64,000 nt of DNA from positions 14,131 through 78,130 of the forward strand of contig LNZR01000043.1 in assembly GCA_002007365.1 (NCBI GenBank), in the 5' to 3' direction. The notes under the pieces were generated by a model. It was not told the origin of the DNA. It saw nothing but the letters and a program-made list of their open reading frames with translations, and made no database searches. The position numbers and the translations under genes were made by a program. This document shows, piece by piece, positions 1 to 7,735 of this stretch (position 1 is the stretch's first letter; each line of letters starts with the position of its first letter). This DNA comes from Epulopiscium sp. Nele67-Bin005 (lineage in GTDB: Bacteria > Bacillota > Clostridia > Lachnospirales > Cellulosilyticaceae).

Positions 1-1947
1 TGCGATATAACAAAACTTAAGCCTAATGAAATGCCTGAGTTTGATATATTGTGTGCTGGGTTTCCTTGCCAAGCCTTTTCAATTAGTGGAAAACAAAAAG
101 GATTTGAAGATACAAGGGGTACTTTATTTTTTGATCTTTGTAGAATAATTGAAGATAAATTACCCAAAATAGTCGTTTTAGAAAATGTTCATAACCTAGA
201 AAAACATGATAACGGAAAAACTTTAAGTGTAATTTTAGATAGCTTATCAAATTTCGGTTATACTATAAATTACAAAGTTCTTAATGCCAAAGATTTTGGA
301 GTTCCACAAAATAGACAACGAATTATTATTGTGGCTAATAGGGAAAATAAATATTTTGATTTTGAAAAATTAGAGCTATCTCCTTCCAAACCCATGAAAT
401 ACTACTTGCAAACAGAAGGTGAATTTGAATATTTAGCACCTGAAGAATATACTATTTTACAAGATTTTAAACAACAACCAAAATCTGGGCTTATTTTTAT
501 AGGATATCGTAATAAAAAAATTCGTACCACTGGAGTTAGAGAAGGCACTGAACATTTATCAAGAGTTCATAAGCAACCAAATAGAATTTATTCAGCTGAA
601 GGTATGCACCCAACTATTGCCTCTCAGGAACAAAGTGGTCGATATTGGATTTATAATAATAATCAGGTTCGTAAATTAACGCTAAATGAATGTTTTACCT
701 TTATGGGATTTCCACCAAACTATATAAAGCTTGGAACAAAATCCAAATTATATGAGCGTATCGGAAATAGTATTTGTGTTCCAATGGTAAATAGTCTAGC
801 TAATGAAATTTATAATCAATTATTTATGGAGGTAAATATGGATCAAAATCCCAAGCAGTTTCTGGAGGATATTTATAATGAAGCGAAATCTTTAGATACC
901 ATACTCCTTACAAAATCTCAACTTAATTTTGCAAATACTATCGTTGAAAAAGAAGCTACTAATAAAGGTGTATTTACTGTTTTGGTATCTAGTCTAACAT
1001 ATAAATGCCTAAATCCCACACAAGATATTCGATATCACCAATGTAATTTGCCAAACGGCTATAGTGGTAGAAGTTTTGATACCAAATATGTTACCCCATT
1101 TTTAAAAGAAAAACACTTTTTAGGTGCAATGAAGGAAAGTGGTTGGTTAACAAGAAGTTTGGAACAACCCTACCCATACACACTAGATTTTGGAGGTAAA
1201 ATTAATAATAAAAAAGTTAAAGAAGCATTTTTAAATATTATTGATGATATTCAAACTCATAGTGCTGATGCCAAAAATTATTTGTTAACCATTTTCCATT
1301 ATAGTATTTTGCATCAAGAAAAAAATAATATTATATTAATCAACCCAATAGAGCGAAATAGTGAATTTAATATTTCTGAAATAATAGATGCCTTACACAA
1401 ACATTTTTATTATGATTATCGAACAAGAGGAGCTTCTATATTGCCAGTAATTGCACTATATAGTATGTGGGAATGCTTGATTTATGAGGAATTTCCTCGA
1501 TATAAAAATAAATCACTAGAAAAACTTGCTTCTCATTATTCATGTGATAAATCTAGTAAAGCTGTTGGCGATATTGAAGTTAAAAATTCTTTAGGAGATT
1601 GCCTCGAAGCGATTGAAGTTAAATTTGAGATTGCTCCTACAAGCATTTTAGTTGATGATATTTTCAAAAAAATTTCTTCTACACCTGTACAGCGATATTA
1701 TATTTTAAGCACTGTTGCTCAAACAAATACCGAGGAACTAAATAAAATTACTAATCAAATTAATAAAATCAAAGAACAACATGGGTGTGAAATCATTGTT
1801 AATGGGGTGTTTGAAACTATTAAATATTATTTGCGTTTATTAGAAAATCCTACTTCCTTTATAAGTGCCTATATAAATAATCTAGGCAAAAATACCGAAA
1901 TCAACTCTGAACAAAAAGTTGCTTGGAACTTAATACTAAAAATTTAA
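1..1947 (+). CDS. DNA (cytosine-5)-methyltransferase, 5' end cut by the window edge, fused in frame to a ~370-aa C-terminal restriction-endonuclease-like domain
   Basis: The frame is open from nt 1 (CDITKLKPNE precedes the listed Met). C5-MTase motifs are present: GFPCQAFS (IV), ENV (VI), QNRQR (VIII), GNSICVP (X). There is no stop after motif X and the ORF runs on for 369 more codons. A GGAGG (828-832) followed by an ATG (838-840) sits at the domain junction. A D-x15-E-V-K motif lies at 1570-1623. Confidence 0.85.
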   Translation, partial: CDITKLKPNEMPEFDILCAGFPCQAFSISGKQKGFEDTRGTLFFDLCRIIEDKLPKIVVLENVHNLEKHDNGKTLSVILDSLSNFGYTINYKVLNAKDFGVPQNRQRIIIVANRENKYFDFEKLELSPSKPMKYYLQTEGEFEYLAPEEYTILQDFKQQPKSGLIFIGYRNKKIRTTGVREGTEHLSRVHKQPNRIYSAEGMHPTIASQEQSGRYWIYNNNQVRKLTLNECFTFMGFPPNYIKLGTKSKLYERIGNSICVPMVNSLANEIYNQLFMEVNMDQNPKQFLEDIYNEAKSLDTILLTKSQLNFANTIVEKEATNKGVFTVLVSSLTYKCLNPTQDIRYHQCNLPNGYSGRSFDTKYVTPFLKEKHFLGAMKESGWLTRSLEQPYPYTLDFGGKINNKKVKEAFLNIIDDIQTHSADAKNYLLTIFHYSILHQEKNNIILINPIERNSEFNISEIIDALHKHFYYDYRTRGASILPVIALYSMWECLIYEEFPRYKNKSLEKLASHYSCDKSSKAVGDIEVKNSLGDCLEAIEVKFEIAPTSILVDDIFKKISSTPVQRYYILSTVAQTNTEELNKITNQINKIKEQHGCEIIVNGVFETIKYYLRLLENPTSFISAYINNLGKNTEINSEQKVAWNLILKI

Positions 1948-1952
1948 AATAC

Positions 1953-1990
1953 AAAAAGGCTATATCACCAATTGGTAATATAGCCTTTTT
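1953..1990. terminator. Bidirectional rho-independent terminator between the MTase fusion and the lipoprotein gene
   Basis: Stem GGCTATAT (1958-1965) pairs with ATATAGCC (1978-1985), flanked by an A-run and a T-run. Confidence 0.8.
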
Positions 1991-1991
1991 C

Positions 1992-3095
1992 TTATTCTTG
2001 GATAGAATTAAAAGTTTCTTCTTCCACCTCAAACATTAGAAGTTCCATCTGTGCATAAATTTCTTCAAGTTGTAATTCCAAAAACTCATCTGCAGTTAAA
2101 GAATTTCCTTCTAAAGAAATTTCACGATATTTAGTTTCAGCATATTCAGTAGTTGAACTCATGTTCATACTTAATGGCTCTCCAAATAGCACTTCATTTA
2201 AGCTTAAGTACACATCAAAAGTTTGGTAATGAACACCATCTAAAACATAGTATTCCATGCTAAAGTTCCCATCTAAGAACATATCTAAAAGTGCCATTGC
2301 TCCATCTTTGAACTCAACAAAACTCGCTTGCGCCTCTAAAATTTCAGCTTCCTCTAAACCTAAAGCAAGTCCATCATTTATAGAAGGTAACTCATCAATA
2401 ATTTGAGCCAAAATCTCTACTATAAAAGTAGAAATTTCCATTTCAACTTTGTAAACATCATCTTCTTTAGTTACAACACCTTCTGCTGATAAATCCAATA
2501 ATTCCATCATAGCCTCAGAATAAAGCTCTTTATAACTATTAATATCAGCCACACTAATGCCTTCTACACCAAAAATGTTTCCATAATCAATATAATCAAT
2601 ATCTTCTAAGTATGATGGCACTGGCTCACCAACCATAGTATTCATTTGTTTGATGTAGTCTGTCGATAAATACATAACATCATCAACAACATATATAGAC
2701 ATTTCAAATGGCGTTGAGTTAAATAAATCTAAAACTTGCTCCATTTCTTGAGTAAATTCATCAATTACTTCATTAAATTCAAGAATTTCAGCTTCAGTTG
2801 CTTCTGATAAATCTATATCTGGGACCATCATTGAAGATAAGTCTCCAAAATCAAAATTCATGCTAGTATGTATTTCAGCGTTCATGCCACCAAATTCGCT
2901 ACCGTATCCTTGTTGGTCAAAACCATAAGTAATAGTTTGCTCTCCCATAGTAAGCTCAATTTTGCTATTTGAAGTAAAGTTGTAAGCTTCAAATTTTGAT
3001 GTTTCATTCATTGCATTATATAACTCTAATTCCGTTGCGCTACAACCAGTAAGAGCAACTACACCTATTCCTAATGCTAGTATTTTTTTAAACAT
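1992..3095 (-). CDS. Highly acidic putative lipoprotein, function unknown
   Basis: N-terminal signal peptide with lipobox (ALTGC). The protein is very Asp/Glu-rich. No recognisable catalytic motif. Confidence 0.7.
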   Translation of the reverse strand: MFKKILALGIGVVALTGCSATELELYNAMNETSKFEAYNFTSNSKIELTMGEQTITYGFDQQGYGSEFGGMNAEIHTSMNFDFGDLSSMMVPDIDLSEATEAEILEFNEVIDEFTQEMEQVLDLFNSTPFEMSIYVVDDVMYLSTDYIKQMNTMVGEPVPSYLEDIDYIDYGNIFGVEGISVADINSYKELYSEAMMELLDLSAEGVVTKEDDVYKVEMEISTFIVEILAQIIDELPSINDGLALGLEEAEILEAQASFVEFKDGAMALLDMFLDGNFSMEYYVLDGVHYQTFDVYLSLNEVLFGEPLSMNMSSTTEYAETKYREISLEGNSLTADEFLELQLEEIYAQMELLMFEVEEETFNSIQE

Positions 3096-3214
3096 AACAC
3101 CCTCTCCTTTATATGTATATGTATTGTGAGTCCAAATGTAATAATATCACGAAAAGGGGTAGGGGGTCAATACTACAATATTAATTACCAAATATTACTA
3201 TTTAAAATTAGGTA

Positions 3215-3247
3215 TAAAAAAAGCAGGGTGAGTAGCCCTGTTTTTTT
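3215..3247 (-). terminator. Rho-independent terminator downstream of 3258-3857
   Basis: CAGGG/CCCTG stem flanked by an A-run (plus strand) and a T-run. Confidence 0.6.
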
Positions 3248-3257
3248 ATGTAAAAAT

Positions 3258-3857
3258 TTAGTCGACAACAAACTCTTCCCCAAAAGTTAAAATGTCACTC
3301 TCTTCACTCAAATCTTCAATAAAATTTCCTTGTGCAAAATCTTCTTCAATTCCTTCATCTGATAATTCTTCTAACAATGGTGATTGATAATTTGTTCTTA
3401 AAACTTCTGCATCATTAGAAAGCGCAATGCGTACAGCGTCCATCAAAATATTAGTTGATGTTGCTACATTTTCTGTTGCTGGAAACTCCAATGATTGCGT
3501 TGAAATTACATATTCATTTACAATCGAAATACTATTATTTAAATCACTATACAAAATTCTTTCGGCCTCATCAAACCCTTCTAACGCAATAGAAGTTATT
3601 GTTTTATCCTCCACCGTAACTACCAAATCCATATTTGCATCTGTAAAAGCTAAATTCGCAACATAGGTCCCATCAGCATACCCACTTTCTTTTTGTAGTG
3701 ATGAAGATGAAACATTGCTAGATAAAGCTTCTGATGCCTCAACATCATCTTTCCCCATTGCCAAAAATGCCCCAAAAGTAGTAATTGCAATCGCCAACAT
3801 AACGGCAGGAACTTTCAAATCTTTAACATTTATAACAACAAATTTATGTCGTGCCAT
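3258..3857 (-). CDS. Membrane-anchored hypothetical protein with one N-terminal TM helix
   Basis: Strong SD (AAAGGAGGA) 8 nt upstream of the ATG. Hydrophobic helix VPAVMLAIAITTFGAFLAMG. Acidic C-terminus. Any FMN_bind-like resemblance is weak, so no function is assigned. Confidence 0.65.
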   Translation of the reverse strand: MARHKFVVINVKDLKVPAVMLAIAITTFGAFLAMGKDDVEASEALSSNVSSSSLQKESGYADGTYVANLAFTDANMDLVVTVEDKTITSIALEGFDEAERILYSDLNNSISIVNEYVISTQSLEFPATENVATSTNILMDAVRIALSNDAEVLRTNYQSPLLEELSDEGIEEDFAQGNFIEDLSEESDILTFGEEFVVD

Positions 3858-3996
3858 AAAAATTTCCTCCTTTAAAATTCATATTCTAATATATATATAT
3901 GGACGAAGCCTATTATATATACGTACAAGTTTAGGTTTTCCACAAAAATAGAGAGCTAACTCCGAAAAGTTAACTCTCTATGAAAACTCATTATCA

Positions 3997-4155
3997 TCAG
4001 CCTACTTCAGAAGCATCTATAATTCGTTTTACAGGTTCTTCACCGACCGAAACCACTTGCCGTGATGCTCAATCTCCATTTTTGCCATGCTCAAATGGTA
4101 CTCCAAGTTCTCTTGCTACTTCATGCTTCATGTGTTCTAAACGTGAATTTTTCAT
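3997..4155 (-). pseudogene. Alpha/beta-type small acid-soluble spore protein (SASP)-like gene interrupted by an in-frame TGA (28 codons, TGA, 23 codons, then TGA TGA TAA)
   Basis: My own minus-strand translation is MKNSRLEHMKHEVARELGVPFEHGKNGD*ASRQVVSVGEEPVKRIIDASEVG. It matches the SASP pattern (K-x-E-[IV]-A-x-E-L-G-V ... S-R-x-x-G-S-V-G-G-E-x-x-K-R). AAGGAGG SD upstream of the ATG at 4155. Terminator hairpin at 3951-3980. The in-frame TGA is at 4069-4071. Confidence 0.6.
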
Positions 4156-4305
4156 AGCCGTTTCCTCCTTGAAATTGTGAATGTTAAAATAAAAATGTTA
4201 TATTAATAAAATCTTTATTTTATATTATAACCAAACTCATTTGCTGGTTATATTAATATAATACCCCATTTTCTTTTTTATATTCTAGCTAAAATCTGGA
4301 AATTA
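4066..4305. repeat. Direct repeat copy 1 (~240 bp, a few mismatches against 4793-5032)
   Basis: The offset between copies is exactly 727 bp. The repeat covers the first 29 codons of the SASP-like gene, its SD and ~150 bp upstream. Identity ends at the ybjQ-like stop codon. Confidence 0.9.
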
Positions 4306-4620
4306 AATAACGACTGCTGTTCCATATGCCATCATCTCTGCAACGTTTGGTGCAACTGCCGAAGAAGTTAAACGTACTCCAACTACCGCATTTGCTCCTT
4401 TAGCTCTTGCGTCCTCTTCCATTCTTTTTAATGCTATCTCACGTGCTTCAGTCAACATTTCACTGTAACCTTTCAGTTCTCCACCTACAATGCTTTTTAG
4501 ACCAGCACCAATATCTTTCCCAAGATGCTTAGAATTAATCATCGTTCCTCTTGCAATTCCCAAAACTTCTTTAATTTCTTTGTTTGGAATAGTTTCCGTT
4601 GTTACTGAAATCATACTCAA
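4303..4620 (-). CDS. ybjQ: YbjQ/UPF0145 family protein
   Basis: 105 aa with the family-typical pattern (TTETIPGKEI-like N-terminus, GGEL.GY, EAR..AL.RM...A...GANAVVGVR, YGTAVV). Confidence 0.8.
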   Translation of the reverse strand: MSMISVTTETIPNKEIKEVLGIARGTMINSKHLGKDIGAGLKSIVGGELKGYSEMLTEAREIALKRMEEDARAKGANAVVGVRLTSSAVAPNVAEMMAYGTAVVI

Positions 4621-4723
4621 TCCTCCTTAAAATAAATTTATTATATGTTATAAATTAATATTTTGCAACAAAAAATAGCGTCCTAACTCCGTAAAGTTAG
4701 TACGCTATCAAAACTTATCATCA

Positions 4724-4882
4724 TCAACTCGGTTCACGAGCCTCTGATTTCCGTTTTTCTGGTTCTCCACCGACCGACCATTCTTGATTTAATGCTCAAT
4801 CTCCATTTTTGCCATGCTCAAATGGTACTCCAAGTTCTCTTGCTACTTCATGCTTCATGTGTTCTAAACGTGAATTTTTCAT
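4724..4882 (-). pseudogene. Second SASP-like gene with the same in-frame TGA (28 codons, TGA, 23 codons, then TGA TGA TGA TAA)
   Basis: Minus-strand translation is MKNSRLEHMKHEVARELGVPFEHGKNGD*ALNQEWSVGGEPEKRKSEAREPS. The 5' part is identical to copy 1. The part after the TGA is divergent but has the same length and keeps SVGGE..KR. In-frame TGA at 4796-4798. Terminator hairpin at about 4675-4710. Confidence 0.6.
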
Positions 4883-5032
4883 AGCCGTTTCCTCCTTGAA
4901 ATTGTGAATAGTAAAATAAAAATATTATATTAATAAAATCTTTATTTTATATTATAACCAAACTCATTTGCTGGTTATATTAATATAATACCCCATATTC
5001 TTTATTATATTCTATCTAAAATCTGGAAATTA
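4793..5032. repeat. Direct repeat copy 2 (partner of 4066-4305)
   Basis: Same as copy 1; near-identical over ~240 bp. Confidence 0.9.
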
Positions 5033-5066
5033 TAATTTTATTTGTGTAAATACTTTAAAATACTTA

Positions 5067-5095
5067 TTGACAAGCGTATTTTTACCTATTATTAT
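5067..5095 (+). promoter_or_regulatory. Sigma-A-type promoter candidate for htpG
   Basis: TTGACA (5067-5072), a 17-nt spacer, then TATTAT (5090-5095), about 40 nt upstream of the htpG ATG. Confidence 0.5.
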
Positions 5096-5133
5096 AGGAA
5101 TATGGAAAATTTTTTATATTTTTAGGAGGATTT

Positions 5134-6990
5134 ATGATGAATAAGCAAGGTAATTTATCAATTCATAGCGAAAATATATTTCCAATCATTAAAAAGTGGT
5201 TATATTCTGACCACGATATTTTTGTGCGTGAAATTATTTCAAATGCTTGTGATGCGATTTTAAAATTTAAAAAACTGTGCGATATTGGAGAGGCTAGCGA
5301 CGAGCTTAAAACTCCTTTTCAAATTGATGTAATTGTTGATAAAGAAGCAGGAACTATTACTATTTCTGATAACGGAATTGGTCTTAACGAAGAAGAAATC
5401 GAAAAATATATTAATCAAATTGCTTTCTCAGGAGCAGAAGATTTCCTTAGCAAATATCAAGATAAAATGGCTGATGACCAAATTATTGGGCATTTTGGAT
5501 TAGGATTTTACTCAAGTTTTATGGTTTCTGAAAAAGTTCAAATTAATACTCTATCTCACCAAGGTGGAACTCCACTTCTTTGGACTTGCGATGGTGGAAC
5601 AACTTTTGAACTTAGCGAAGGAACTCGTACAACTCGTGGAACGGATATTATTCTTTATATTTCTGAAGAAAGCCGTGAGTTTTTAGGCTTCCACAATCTT
5701 TCAAAAATTGTTGAGAAATATTGTTCATTTATGCCAGTACCAATTTTTATGATTGATGCTAATAAAGCAGAAGTTGAACCAGTTGAAGGAGAGGAAAATA
5801 TTGTTGAAGCGCCAACTCCAATTAACGAAACTCTTCCTTTATATGCAAAACAACCTTCTGAATGTACTGATGAAGAATACAAAGCGTTTTATCGCAAAAC
5901 TTTTATGGATTTCCAAGAACCACTATTTTGGATACATTTAAATATGGATTATCCATTCAAATTAAAAGGGATTTTATATTTCCCAAAAAGCAAAAACGAA
6001 TTTGAGATGATAGAAGGAAAGATTAAACTTTATAACAGCCAAGTTTTTGTAGCAGAAAATATTAAAGAGGTTATTCCAGAATTTTTACTTCTTTTAAAAG
6101 GTGTAATTGATTGCCCAGACTTACCTCTAAACGTTTCTCGTAGTTTCTTACAAAATGATGGATTTGTGAAAAAAATCTCTGATTATATCACAAAAAAAGT
6201 TGCTGATAAATTGATTTCTTTATACAAAAAAGAAAATGATAATTATCAAAAGTTTTGGGACGACATTTCTCCATTTATCAAATTTGGTTGCCTAAGAGAT
6301 GAGAAATTCTGTAGCAAAATGAAAGACTACGTTTTATATACAACTATCGCTGATGAATATTTAACTATGGAGCAATATTTGGAATTAGCCAAAGATGTTC
6401 ACGAAAACAAAGTGTTCTATGTGTCTGATAAAACTCAGCAATCTCAATACGTTGAGTTATTTAAAGAGAATAATCTAAAGGCTGTTTATCTTCCTCACCC
6501 AATTGATAATGCGTTTATTCAACACATGGAAAGCCAAAATCAAGACGTAAAATTTATGAGAATTGACTCTGATATTTCTGGAATTTTGGGACAAGATGAA
6601 GCCGACAAAACTCATGAAGAAAGTTTGACTACATTATTTAAAGATGTATTAAACAATGAAGAACTGACTGTTTCTGTTGAAAACTTAAAGAGTAAAAATG
6701 TTGCTTCTATGATTTTGGTTTCTGAGGAAAGTCGTCGTATGGAAGAAATGATGAAAATGTATGGAATGGGTGCTGTTCCAAATATGCCTCAACAATTAAC
6801 ATTAGTATTAAACCAAAATCACCCTCTAATTGAGTCTTTATCAAACCATACTTTAAAAGAAGATACAAAAAACCTTGTATGTGAGCATTTGTATGACTTG
6901 GCTCTAATTTCTAACCAGACTTTAAGCCCAGAAGCTATGCAAAAATTCTTACACAGAAATAACGAGCTGTTATTACAACTTACAAAATAA
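5134..6990 (+). CDS. htpG: Molecular chaperone HtpG (Hsp90 family)
   Basis: 618 aa. GHKL ATPase N-terminus (REIISNACDA, DNGIGL, GHFGLGFYS). Typical HtpG length. AGGAGGA SD. Confidence 0.93.
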   Translation: MMNKQGNLSIHSENIFPIIKKWLYSDHDIFVREIISNACDAILKFKKLCDIGEASDELKTPFQIDVIVDKEAGTITISDNGIGLNEEEIEKYINQIAFSGAEDFLSKYQDKMADDQIIGHFGLGFYSSFMVSEKVQINTLSHQGGTPLLWTCDGGTTFELSEGTRTTRGTDIILYISEESREFLGFHNLSKIVEKYCSFMPVPIFMIDANKAEVEPVEGEENIVEAPTPINETLPLYAKQPSECTDEEYKAFYRKTFMDFQEPLFWIHLNMDYPFKLKGILYFPKSKNEFEMIEGKIKLYNSQVFVAENIKEVIPEFLLLLKGVIDCPDLPLNVSRSFLQNDGFVKKISDYITKKVADKLISLYKKENDNYQKFWDDISPFIKFGCLRDEKFCSKMKDYVLYTTIADEYLTMEQYLELAKDVHENKVFYVSDKTQQSQYVELFKENNLKAVYLPHPIDNAFIQHMESQNQDVKFMRIDSDISGILGQDEADKTHEESLTTLFKDVLNNEELTVSVENLKSKNVASMILVSEESRRMEEMMKMYGMGAVPNMPQQLTLVLNQNHPLIESLSNHTLKEDTKNLVCEHLYDLALISNQTLSPEAMQKFLHRNNELLLQLTK

Positions 6991-6996
6991 AAATAT

Positions 6997-7031
6997 AACC
7001 CTCTTATAAAAAATATAGGAGGGTTTTTATT
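6997..7031 (+). terminator. Rho-independent terminator of htpG
   Basis: AACCCTC/GAGGGTT stem followed by a T-run. Confidence 0.75.
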
Positions 7032-7095
7032 TTATATCAAATATTACAAAACAAAAAAGTACCACCTTATTTCTAAGATGATACTTTCTAAGTAG

Positions 7096-7169
7096 TAGCC
7101 GAAGAGGGAGTCGAACCCCCGACACCATGGGTATGAACCATGTGCTCTAGCCAACTGAGCTATTCGGCC
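7096..7169 (-). tRNA. tRNA-Met (CAT), elongator type
   Basis: I folded the cloverleaf by hand. Anticodon loop is TTCATAC. There is no C1-A72 mismatch or GGG/CCC anticodon stem, so it is not an initiator. A lysidine-modified Ile2 tRNA is not fully excluded. Confidence 0.8.
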
Positions 7170-7204
7170 ATATTAAATTATTTTCCCAAAGTTATTATTT
7201 GGAA

Positions 7205-7277
7205 TGGTCGCTAGAGGGCTCGAACCTCTGACCCCCTGCTTGTAAGGCAGGTGCTCTCCCAGCTGAGCTAAGCGACC
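7205..7277 (-). tRNA. tRNA-Val (TAC)
   Basis: GGTCGCT/AGCGACC acceptor stem, anticodon loop CTTACAA, GTTCGAGC T-loop. Confidence 0.9.
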
Positions 7278-7284
7278 TAGTTAA

Positions 7285-7358
7285 CGACCCAGAAGGGACT
7301 CGAACCCTCGACCTCCGCCGTGACAGGGCGGCGTGCTAACCAACTGTACCACTGGGCC
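7285..7358 (-). tRNA. tRNA-Asp (GTC)
   Basis: Anticodon stem-loop CCGCC-CTGTCAC-GGCGG, GGTTCGAGTCC T-arm. Confidence 0.85.
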
Positions 7359-7364
7359 AAACAA

Positions 7365-7437
7365 CAGGGGCAGTAGGACTTGAACCCACGACATCCGGTT
7401 TTGGAGACCGACGTTCTACCAACTGAACTATACCCCT
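7365..7437 (-). tRNA. tRNA-Trp (CCA)
   Basis: AGGGGTA acceptor stem, anticodon loop CTCCAAA. Confidence 0.9.
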
Positions 7438-7445
7438 TTAAAGAA

Positions 7446-7517
7446 CTCCCCGAGTAGGGTTCGAACCTACGACCCTTCGGTTAACAGCCGAATGCTCTGC
7501 CGCTGAGCTATCGAGGA
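7446..7517 (-). tRNA. tRNA-Asn (GTT)
   Basis: Anticodon stem-loop TTCGG-CTGTTAA-CCGAA, GGTTCGAACC T-arm. Confidence 0.9.
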
Positions 7518-7527
7518 ATACTTCGTA

Positions 7528-7557
7528 AGTATAACAGACAAGTTGGTAAACTGTCAA
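7528..7557 (-). promoter_or_regulatory. Sigma-A-type promoter of the Asn-Trp-Asp-Val-Met tRNA operon
   Basis: On the minus strand: TTGACA (7552-7557), an 18-nt spacer, then TATACT (7528-7533), ending about 10 nt before tRNA-Asn. Confidence 0.6.
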
Positions 7558-7735
7558 GCGTTTTTTTAAATTTTTTGTTGTAAATTTTTTAGGGAATATA
7601 ATTTTTTATGTCATCTACTGAAAACTCAAGGCTTTTTAAGATATTTAATTCTTCTTCTCCAAATAAATTATAAACTTTTCAATCCAAAATCAAACAAATT
7701 CCTACTTGTTTCCTATAAATATCAGAATTTATTAT

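Noticed and set aside
4069-4071. The in-frame TGA in the SASP-like genes as evidence for a TGA-sense genetic code (code 4 or 25) or selenocysteine.
   Set aside because: All long conserved genes in the window (groEL, clpC, ligA, htpG, the 13 MCPs) are full-length under the standard code with no internal TGA. TGA terminates the 219-aa ORF at 15509. The SASP-like frames themselves end in TGA TGA. No SECIS-like hairpin follows the codon.
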